Assembly: GCA_964247055.1 (NCBI GenBank)
Contig: OZ176056.1
Coordinates: 2,604,001-2,668,000 of the forward strand
DNA length: 64,000 bases
Source: Paragordius varius
Lineage: Eukaryota; Animalia; Nematomorpha
Direction of reading: 5' to 3'
Of this stretch, positions 23,200 through 33,740 are shown piece after piece (positions within the stretch are counted from its first letter, which is position 1; every line of letters begins with the position of its first letter). A program made the translations under genes and the position numbers. The notes beneath the pieces are model-generated. The model saw only the letters and a program-made list of their open reading frames with translations. It made no database searches and was not told the origin of the DNA.

Positions 23200-25383
23200 G
23201 TGCAAAAAGGAGGGTTAATTTTTTTTAATTTTTTTCATGAGATAGCTTATTACCAGCGAATTCATTTGCCGCAAATATTATTATTTGTTTTCAACCTAGT
23301 TTTTGAAATATTGAGAGAAAATCAAAATCTGGCATAAAGTGAAAATTGAGGATAATTATAAAGATAATAAAATTATATGGATTATTATGATTTTAGGATA
23401 TATGCCTTAATTATATAGTTAGGGTTTCTCTAAAAAGCTCAAAGATAGCGAACACTCACATGAAATTTTTTTATAATCAAAAAACCAAAAAATATTGTTT
23501 TTTATTTTTACATTTTTGTCGTCTGGTTTATGAGTTATAAAAAATCCATACTGTTCTATCTTGGAATCCTACATGAGTGCGAATTATAAAGTATATAATT
23601 TATGCAAAATAAGATTCAAAATTAGTGGAATATCTACCAACAATCCGTACAAATCCAAATAATATTAATTTGTCATAAAACAGACTTGTTACAGGGATTT
23701 GTAAGGATTGTTGGTTGATATTCCACTACTTTTATATCCCATTTTGCATAAATTATGTACTTTATAATTCGCACTCATGTAAGATTCCAAGATAAAACAG
23801 TATGGATTTTTATACACTCATAAACCAGACGACAAAAAAATGTAAAATAAAAAACAATATTTTTTGGTTTTTTGATATATAAGTTTTTTCAATAAATAAA
23901 ATATGAATGTTAAGATTTTAATAGTGAGTTTAGGAGGTAAATAATTAAAAAAATAATTTTAATATAGTTTCATTTAAATTTATTTGTCTTATGAGTGTGT
24001 TAAAAGAAAAACGCCATTTGAGCTGATATTTTATGGAAACCCTAACTATATGATAGGCTTTTTATATAGTGAAAATATATCCTAAAATCATAATCCACCA
24101 TAATATCTCAAATTTTATCATTATTTCTTGAATTATTTTTAATTTTTACTTTTTGCCCGATTTCGATTTTCTCTCATATTCAAGATTGTCAACAAACAAA
24201 AAATTATGCGGCAAATGAATACGCTGGTCATAAGCTATCTCACGCAAAAAAAATTTTTTGCACACAGTGTGTATATATATGAGGCAGGGATGAAGCAAAA
24301 AGAAATTTATTATACCGGAAGCTTTTTGGTCCGTAGTAAGACTTTTATTTGCTAAGATCTTTACATCTTCTATAAATATATGAAATGTATATGTTTAAAT
24401 ATGTCTGATAATAAAAGCTTTTTATAGTTATCTAAAGTATACTCAAACCCAAGCCGCGTCTGATTTACGGATGTTCGCACCTTGTTCAAATTTATAAAAA
24501 ACGTATTGCGATTCCATCGATAGTATTAAAAATTTAATATTTGAATTAAAAATAATTAAATTGCTTGACACAAGGTAGGTGCAAAAATAAAAAATGGATC
24601 GAAAAAACAATTATAATATACAAATTCTTTCATTGTAGAAAATATCACTTTTTTAACCAGTAAAAAAAGATTCATTTCGGGATTCAGGAAAATATTTTTG
24701 GTATGCCCGAGTCAATGTTTAATGTTTTTATGGAGTTTTTTATCATTTAAGCTAAAAATTAAGGAATAATAGCAAATATCCTTTCTTAGTATCATCAATA
24801 TCTGTATTTACCTTGAAACATTTTCATCCATAAGTTTTCATATCTCTTTAAATCTAGATATTGATGATTTAAAGTTTAATTCCGAAAATTTTAAAATACA
24901 ATGGAATGAACATACCCGACAACATTTGAGCTGAATTTTTAAATTTATCAGAAAGTGAATCGGTTCTTGAGATGTTTTCTTGACCTAACCTGATAGTCTG
25001 GATTTCGCCTTAAAATATAAAAAAATAATTATCCTGATCTAAAACATTTGGCTTAACTCTAATTTAAAATATTTAAACGTTAAAGCCCGTCAAAATTCGA
25101 AATATTCCCATTTAGTACTAATTTAATCAATACCTGTGTATGAGTTGTGGAAATCATATGGTACTAAAATGTTTAAATGATATATGGAAGAATTGAGATA
25201 AACTATGTGAAGAATCATATATTTTAAATCAATTTTTAGAGAATAGGCGTTATTCTATTATCGCTCTATAATTTTAATTAAATAAATATGTAATTAAATA
25301 TCTTACAAATCAATAGACACGTACAAATGAAAATTCTAAAAAATTATCGATATCCGTGTTCTTTTTAATTCTTTGAATTGCAT
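8494..25383 (-). CDS. Micro-exon gene 1 (MEG-like): multi-exon, probably secreted protein of unknown family, built from symmetric phase-1 exons
   Basis: GC-richer islands, each bounded by AG and GT on the minus strand, in 5'->3' order (length in nt): 25134-25163(30), 24916-25008(93), 24812-24853(42), 24316-24369(54), 23091-23141(51), 22520-22606(87), 21733-21792(60), 21464-21523(60), 18772-18870(99), 18565-18585(21), 18275-18298(24), 18205-18213(9), 17746-17817(72), 17153-17185(33), 17007-17042(36), 16615-16653(39), 16365-16391(27), 16263-16274(12), 16005-16031(27; or 15981-16031, 51), 15690-15725(36), 15595-15663(69), 14412-14492(81), 14082-14141(60), 13576-13596(21), 13468-13488(21), 13357-13398(42), 9615-9632(18), 9471-9494(24), 8910-8945(36), 8822-8836(15), 8718-8750(33), 8581-8601(21), 8494-8514(21). 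All are 3n long and open in phase 1, and no junction codon in this order is a stop. A hydrophobic exon 25307-25335 (IFICTCLLI) precedes them. The joined protein includes ...KTPKPITTSRVT...GTGAAGGAAATGIEAGTGIVGAGE...EPNEEAHEMSEGSDSEIGEDEETF...LRRSMTAMRELLNRISDQAEITANGVNEWIS. The 14.0-25.2 kb exons are best supported. The 8.5-13.6 kb set, the start and the stop are less certain, and further exons may be missed. Confidence 0.75.
9889..13245 (+). mobile_element. Full-length RTE-clade LINE retrotransposon (APE endonuclease + reverse transcriptase), decayed
   Basis: Perfect 18-bp target-site duplication TATAAAATTATGGTTAAT at 9871-9888 and 13246-13263. 3' (ATT)n tail. APE motifs (SINAGSL, LCIQET, SVYAPQ, GDFSGH, SQIDYI), RT motifs (KGKGDINDCNNYRGIRL, QFGFIP, IDIEKAFD, GVYQGSAISP, YADN) and the RTE C-terminal RLRWFGHVERR...RGKGRPKTRW. 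Confidence 0.96.
10330..13201 (+). pseudogene. RTE ORF broken into five overlapping frames
   Basis: ORFs 10330-10875, 10835-11305, 11281-12171, 12174-12782 and 12764-13201 are consecutive parts of one APE-RT polyprotein. Catalytic YADD reads YADN. Confidence 0.9.
19345..21276 (-). mobile_element. Non-autonomous Helitron, copy 2 (in an intron of MEG-1)
   Basis: CTAG|T 3' end at 19345-19348 on the minus strand, same subterminal hairpin, 5' end GCTATATATT (TC changed to GC), about nine ~160-bp subrepeats. Confidence 0.85.
23194..24269. mobile_element. Foldback element: ~500-bp inverted arms around a ~40-bp spacer, in a MEG-1 intron
   Basis: Ends (T/C)ACTGTGTGCAAAAA / TTTTTGCACACAGTG. The arms mirror each other up to the centre near 23665-23700 (e.g. 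ccttacaaatcc/ggatttgtaagg, actcacatgtaggattccaagatag/ctatcttggaatcctacatgagt variants). Confidence 0.85.
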
Positions 25384-28300
25384 ATAATTTATAATCAGAT
25401 GATTCCCAGCTTATATATTGTCAAGTGCTTTTTTGGTTTACAGTAATTATGGTTATAGGCCGTTTCAGTATATTAATAGATATAAGGGATTGTATTTACA
25501 TGTTTGTTTACATGTTTGAAATTTATTTTATTAGTTAGATATATATAAATGAACCATGTATTTTTTCACAATTTTATTGTTACAGTTTAAATTCACCTTT
25601 AAACAATTCAAATTCACCCTTGAACAATTCAATTACCCTTGAACAATTCAAATTCACCCTAAATAAATTATGTGTGTTGGAACTAATATAACTCATTATT
25701 AATATTAAATATATCTTTATGGCATAGTTTATTTTTTTTAATTTTAAACAAAATATTATTTTTAAAAATTTATAAAAAATATATGTAATTTTTAATCTAA
25801 AAAAAATATAATTTTGAGGGTTAATTCGAATAGTTCGAGGGTGAATTTGAATTGTTCAAGAGTGATTTGAAGTGTTTAAGGGTGAACTCGAATTGTGAAC
25901 GGTACATTATTTATTAGATTTTAAATACAAGACGGTAAAATTCAAGCGTAACATAGCTATTTTTTCTAATTATTTTTAATTAAATAAACAAATCGAAAAA
26001 AAATAAGATGTTTATTTTACTTAATTTTCAAAAGGATTTTTTACAAAATAACGGATATGTTAGCCATCCCCAAAATTATGTAGACTTATCCACATTATTG
26101 GTAAAATTATAACACAGAAGCGCATTATAAAACAAATTGTGTCCATATTTAAATAAACAGATGAATGTGGTAAGATGGGAAAGAATTTTTTAACGACATT
26201 ATGTTGTTTTTACACATATGCTACTGTGTTGATAATTAATCAAAAATAATAAGTTTCGACCAACATAATTTAAATTTTGTAAATAACGAAATTGCTTAAT
26301 AAAAGATCTTGTACTATATATTTTCAAGTGCATTTTTGATAAAAAAATAGTACAGTAAGCGAAAGAGTGTTTATATGGCTGTTTATTGTAATATTTGATA
26401 TGTATATGCTTAGTGTGAATATATAAAAAATCAAATTTATAAAAATCTCGAATTGATGTTCTAATTTCAAATAGTGGGAAAATAAATTATAATTGTAAAA
26501 TACCAACCTCCATTCGTTTTGGAAAACAAGGATGATTGGGCAAGGGTGCCAGAAAAAAATAGGTAACAAAGGGCTGCTAATATCATTGATTTATAATCAA
26601 TTAAAAAAATTAAAGATTAAAAAATGATTTAAAACTGTTTTTTAAAGACGTTATAAATACTTGTTTAAAAAATTTTAACAGTTTTTTAAAATCTATTTAT
26701 AAGGTTGTTGTGTTTAAACTTTTGTTTACTAAAAATATAACATATTTTATTTAATACATGTTTACAGGCGTGAAAACCAATACACAATTTTGGTCTAGGC
26801 AATCTTTTTAACTTTTTTACATAAAAATTTAACAATTTTATATGTATCTAGAGTAAAATTTGTAAAAATAATTGGTTGATTATTTTTTGCCTAAATAACT
26901 CCACCATGACCAAAAATAGTTTGATATGCATTTCATAAACAATTGTTATATCTATTAAAATTTTTAAATTTGGTTACTACATAAATAAATTTAAAATAAC
27001 CATGTTTTAGGCTACTTTTTTGTGAAGATGTATTAAAATCGGCTAAAAATTTGGTTAAAAAACGATTTCCAATTTCGTTTATTGGTATTATGGGTCGAAT
27101 TATTGTTGACATGTTGGGTTAATATATATTCCAGACCATTTAGGAAACATACTTTGAAGGTTCTTTTAGATTGAATATTCAATAATTGTGTTCTCATATA
27201 AAGATAAAAAGCTTTAATTTTTAGAGTTTTGCGACTTCTGGAATCCGAAATTGGGACAGTTCCAAAACCCGATTGAAACAAACAGCAAATATTAAAATGT
27301 AGTCTGATAGCTCTTTTAAATTTTTTACCCTGTTGTATTAGAAAAAAATTATAGAAAAAAATGGTGTCAATTAGAGATGGGAGATTTTTGTACAATTTTA
27401 CATCCTTTTATAAAAAAATGTATAATATACCTAAAAGGCTAAATAAGCATATATATTCCGCTTAATCCCTAAATACTTTGGAAGATATTTAAATTTCAAA
27501 TCGCTCTGGGATATAAATCTGACCCGAAAAGTTATGGACTGTTACATGCCTTTTAGCATGTATAGTTTAATTTTTGGAGTTAGTAATATTGGAAAAAACT
27601 GGCGTCTTAATCTGTTTGCAATAAAATATAATTCGGCAATATTTTAGTTTAACAAGTTTAACCCATTTAAAAATTAAATTTAGTTTTTAGAATTTTTACA
27701 AAATATGTAGCACAATATAAATTGATGTGAGGATGGTAATAATCAAAATTATGTAAAACCAATTATTAGTTCGAAATTATCAACAAAGGCACATCGTGAT
27801 GGCAATATTTAATCAACTAGCAATGTATATTAAAAAGTATAAATTTACAAAAAGTTTTGTTGAATGATTAAACAATATCATTTATATGGGTGTATAAACG
27901 GGTATAGGGTAAAATTTTATTTGTGGCTTCATGATAAGATAAACTGTGCATAATTTACCAACAAAAAATAAAAATTTATATTTTCACCCGACTTATAATT
28001 TCATTCCCCTATAAACATTTTGAAAGTATCATATAGCCTAATGTGATCAGATAGGCTGTTTTTCGTAGTACAGTACTAGATTTTTAGAAAAAAACTGAGT
28101 TTACTGCTTTTTGAAATTAAAAAATTAATTTTTTATGAGTATATATTAATGACCTTTTATTTATTAATAGAAATTATATTAGAATTTGATATGGTACCCT
28201 CTGTAAAAATAACCCCATAATTTGTAGAGAAATGGTTCATTTTGCGGTAAAAAGCTAATATTGGCCTATTTTCAATTGGTTAATATTTTACTTTCTGCTC

Positions 28301-31073
28301 GAATTATATATAAAACTTGGGATATATTCGCGCATTGAGAAACTATGAATCTCGAACTCCACTGTAAGATTCAGCCTAATGGCTCTTTCACTAAGGGCTT
28401 TTGCAAAAAAAATTTAAAGGTAACAAAATTTATTTCAAGTAGAAAGTTTATTTTTTTTAAATTATCAAACGTAAAATTATATAGAAAATTATTATTCCCG
28501 TAACATATTTAAAATTGATAATATATGGCATATGATTTTGAAATCCTTTTTTCGTGTTACAGCGGTTTTTAATGTTTTCACTCAGTAGGTGGGAGGTTTG
28601 ATATTTCTTAATTTTCCTAAACTTTAATTTTTATTGGTTATCTCATTTTGCATAAACAAATTTGATATATTTTGTTGAAGCGTACTCGCTTTAATAATTT
28701 GATGATGCATTACTATAGATAAGTTTAATTTAAATTTGTTGCTTTCAAATTTTGGTTAATTTTTGTAAAAAAACACGATTTTATTTAACATAAATTTCAA
28801 AACGAACACTATTTTAAAAATTCTGAGTGAGAAAATTGTATAGCATTATCGAATTATATATATAAAGTGTTATAACATCTCACCCGTTCATATCGTTTCC
28901 ATCAACAAAATTTTGCTAAAAATTAAATTTTTGAAAGTATACACTTTTTAAAAAATATATCTAGTTGATATCAAAATTTAGCATATATTTAAAATAACTG
29001 CACGATGTCTGAATTTTTGCGTTATCTTTAAGAGAACAGTCCATTTTAAAAATCCAAATAATTTGGGACTTTCAGATCCCACATCTAACAATTTAAATTT
29101 TTTAAAAAATATTGTTTTGCTTTTTACATGTGTTTATGTTATATTTTAGTGATATTTTTCGAAACAAAGCATTTAGTTTTTGCCACAAATATTTCAAAAA
29201 ATTGCGCACCTTTTGCCATTTTATACAGAGCACCTACCACAAAAGTGTAAATAACCTTCTTTAATAATTCGTACGTTAAACTAAAAGCACCATGATAATC
29301 CAGATATTTTCTTATAATAATATATATATGTATAAATCATCAGGTTTTTTTGCGGAAACTCTGTAATATACCACACCGATGGTGGAAAAATAAACAAAGT
29401 AAGTTTTAATTTTGTACTGCGTCAAGGTTCAAAATATCTGGTCACATTACTTTAGATTGCATTTTAAATATAAATGCTATCTCGGTACATTCAATGTAAA
29501 ACTAGAACATATCTTACACTTTATACAGGGCTTCCACACAAATAGCTTGGTGTGCCACATATTCGAAAAATAGGCATAAATAAATATGTTAATACAATTC
29601 ACACATAAGACTTTTATAATTTAGGACACTACTTATTTATTATAGTAATTTTAAAATTTGTTGCTGATCAGGACCTATTTTTATTTAAATTTACCAAAAT
29701 ATTGTTAGAGAAAGATATACCTATTTTAAGTAATATTCTCAGATAGCCAATGCAGCAAAGAAGATATATTGGCTAAAAAATTGTAAAAAATAACACTGTA
29801 TTGCGCTTTTCTGTGCTATCTGGCAGTTATAATCAAAAACTATCAATATATTATTATACTGTAATATCATAATGTGACTGGTTCTAAAATTATAGAATTC
29901 CTATTTATTTGATATTTTTCAAATCTTGGGGACATATCTCCAGAGGCCTCCGACACCTCAGCTATAATTTAATATTTAGCTAATATTTAGATATTCAATT
30001 TTAAATGGTATACTACCTGGAATACATACCCTACAATTTTTGCATATAAGGTCGGGAAATTAAAAGGAACTATGGTTGAGCCATTGGATGGAGCTAGAAA
30101 GGGACAGATAATCATAAAAATCTAGAAAATGGGTATCACAGCTCTCAGATGTGTATCAAAATTTGTGCTTCAAAACATGTCTAGGCCCCAATTTTTAATT
30201 TCAAATGCAGTTTATAATTATAATGAGTCTATAAAAATGAAAAATTATGTGCTTTACTTCGTTCTATATATCATATAGATATACAACCACATATAGTGAA
30301 ATCGAGATTCAAACCTGTAAACAAAGAAATTTATCATAAATGCAAGTCCTAGGCAGGCGAGTGATAATGATATGACAAGTCCTAATACAAATTAATTTCT
30401 TACTCGAAAAGGAAAAAAGATATGCTAAATTTATTTTTATAGAAATTAAATATTTTTAATTATTTATTTCTAAAATTATTATATTTTTTACATTATAAAA
30501 CAAAAATAGTAAGTAAAAAAATATTTTTATCGTATAATGTTATCCAAAATACGTCAATGCAAAATGTATATATTAATACAAGGAAATCATTATTTATGAG
30601 GTTATGGCTAACTTAGGTCTGATGTAATATATTCGCTTTTAACTGGTTAATTTTATTAAATGGTATATTGATAAAGTTGTTTATGCAAATTAAGACCACA
30701 ATTACGCACAAAACTTTATATATACAGATTTATTATAAACTCAAAAAACATTAATATTTCAAATTTCATATTAATTGTGATAAAAAAAAATATTTTAAAC
30801 AAAGTTTAGACATACTTTTTTTTATTAGTAGATGTGTGACTTGTTCAATCGATTATTAATAAATTTTTATTTGTTCATATGAAAGGATAAATTGTCGAAG
30901 AATAATCAAAACATATTTAATAATTATTTCATTAATTATGTGGGTTTACCTCTATGTTAGATTCATGCCCATTATTATTAATATAATTTACTTCAAATCA
31001 AAGGAATAAAAAATGTATGTTAAATTTTGATTTTATGGCTAAATTTATTCTTTAAAGCTTGTTTTGTATACCT

Positions 31074-31078
<5 letters not shown>

Positions 31079-31127
<49 letters not shown>
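31079..31127. repeat. (AT)n microsatellite (longest of many in the window)
   Basis: Uninterrupted AT dinucleotide run. Shorter runs at ~380, 3700, 14890, 23170, 44755 and 51810. Confidence 0.95.
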
Positions 31128-31129
<2 letters not shown>

Positions 31130-33740
31130 CAGCCGACCAAACTTTTTTATTTTTAAACCTTTAATCCGGCTTAAAAGACACTTTATGAAGTCATTTCGTC
31201 TTTTAAGCCATGAAAATTTAAAAATCAAACAAGCCACAGAGGTCTGACTCAATTTTTTTATTTCATTGCTTGATTCATTTAAATCTAAACGAAACGCCTT
31301 ATTTATAGGCTATATTTTTCGATACTAGGGGCTTAACACTATAACCTAAAAACTGGCGCTCAATCATGATGTCACATCCTACGTTTCTAACATATTCCAC
31401 CATAACAATGTGCGTAAAATGTGGTTTCTAATATCCCTGGAGATTTCGATTTAGCAGCTTCAAAAAATTTTATTTTTACTTTTTTTGTTCCATATCTAAA
31501 AATCGCAAAATAAGCGCATATTAATTAAATTTGGTAAAGTCGATTTATTCTAAATTTAATATGATCTCACATATTTGGACCTCGAATATTGAATTAAAGC
31601 AAAACAGCCGACTCGATAAGAATTGTATCACATGGTAGATTATAATTAATAGTACATTTAAAAAGGAACCATTTTATAAGCTTTTGGGGTAGTTATCTGA
31701 TCCAAAGCATCACATATTAAATAAATTAAGAAATATTATTAAGGGGCTTAAATAAACATGTATTTTACAGACGTCGGGAATTATTCCATATTTTAATAAG
31801 ATGTAAAATTATATAAAAAACCTCATTTTATTGATTTTGCCGCAATTTTTTACTATTTCTTTAACCAATTGCTAATAATACTGTCATAAAAATATACTAA
31901 ATTAATTCCATTAAATATAAAATTAATTCACAGCAGGGGTCAGCTGTTTTTGGATTGGAAAGAGTTAATCAAATATTAGTCTGTAGAAAGTACAGGTTGT
32001 ATATCAAAAGTTATACTTAAATATATAAACATTTTAATCATCATTTGGCCAAAACACCCTTTCAGTATTATATATTATTACAAATACAATAAAATATGTT
32101 CCAAAATGTATTTATTCATCTCTTCATAGAAAAATAAATGAAATGTTAATTTGCCATGTTAAATGGAATTGATGGGGCATATTATTACAGCAACGGGACA
32201 ACTGGAGCTATTATAGGCTATTTCTCATTTATAAATGGCTAACAGCGTATTTAAATCACATGTGTGTTGGCATGTATGAGATTTTTTATTTCATTAGTTT
32301 CAATAACACTCTATCATTTTTTGGGTAATTTATTTCCCAAAGCGGTTTGAAATTATCTTAAAAATTATTTAACGTAATAAGCCGATTATAAAAATATACT
32401 CTCTTTAGCCTTTTGGGCGCATTATACAGAAATCTTTTTTATCAATGTAAATTAGTAAAAAATCCTCATCTCAAACTTTTTTACAGCTATTTCTTTTTCT
32501 ATAATTTTTTTTTAAATCACAAATGCAATAGATAAATTAATTTATATTATGGTTAGAAAATGTAAATTGACTTGAAGCTTACAGGCTACATACCAGGATT
32601 TTGATATATTTTCATTTTGACATTAGCTGTTCGTTTCAATCGTGTTTTGGAGCTCTCCCAATTTTATACTTTAAAAGTCACCCAACTAAAATTATAAGAT
32701 TTTGTTATCAAATCCATGATAACAATGTTTGATAAATTAAATCTTTAGAATAACTTTCAAAGTTTTTTTTACAAAATTAAGCTCTAGGATTTAATACTAC
32801 CCCAAAAGGTAAACTAAGACCGTAATGAAGTGTTAAAATTATTCTAACATTATATATCTTGCGAACAGCTACTATATGTTTTTTACAATTAAATATGCGT
32901 CTATTAAAATTGAAAAATTATACAAACAGCAGTTAAAATTCCTCTTTAGACATTTAAATACCAAACTGGCCAATAATAACCATCGTTACTGTCGAATGGG
33001 TTATTTTCAGCCGTAACTGTATAGATTTTAATAAAACATGTGGTAGATATTATTACTTTGTATGAATTGAGTTCTTTTAAATTTCATATATATTATAATT
33101 ATCTATATTCAGGTTAATGAATAATTCTATATAAAAAACTACAACTTAAAATATTCCCAACAATTATGAATTTTTAACTTAGACAAAATTTTTATAGCAT
33201 AGCCTCTAAAAAGGAGTACGATAATATTAATTATATTTATAAATAATGGAAGGCTTGACCATAAATGAAAATAATTGTGTTATGCATTTTTGAAATAATC
33301 TAGTCTCATAAATCTGCATATGTCATTTTTTTATGTCAAAAACTATACATCCTGAATCAAAAGAGGTTATTTTACTCAATAAACATTCTTTTAACAAGTT
33401 TTAAGCTATAAAGTTCACCCATTTTTTATGTTAATCAGAGTATATAAATATAATAATTTCTTACAATCATGTCCAAATTTTCATTACAATAATCCATCAT
33501 TTTGTACTTTTTGCAAAAAAGCACTTGATAAAAAAATTAAATCTGTCAAATGAAATGTCTTGAGTTTGAAATTTTCTATTCTATGCCATTTTTTGCGCAA
33601 AACTTTAAGAAACTCATCTAATTTGCATAAAAGTAACAGGTTTGACGTCATTTATATACTTTTATATATAAAATGCAAAATTATAATAATGTTGCATCAT
33701 TTAATTATCTCTTTTTTTTATTTAAGACACAAAATTCTAA

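Noticed and set aside
27110-27560. Exon-like peptides (SFATSGIRNWDSSK..., KYFGRYLNFKSLW...) and ORF 27033-27395
   Set aside because: The region is a copy of a dispersed repeat also present inverted at about 32050-32810, so the coding look is probably incidental.
31052-31252. ORFs containing YIYIYI runs (also 51607-51849)
   Set aside because: Translation of (AT)n microsatellites.
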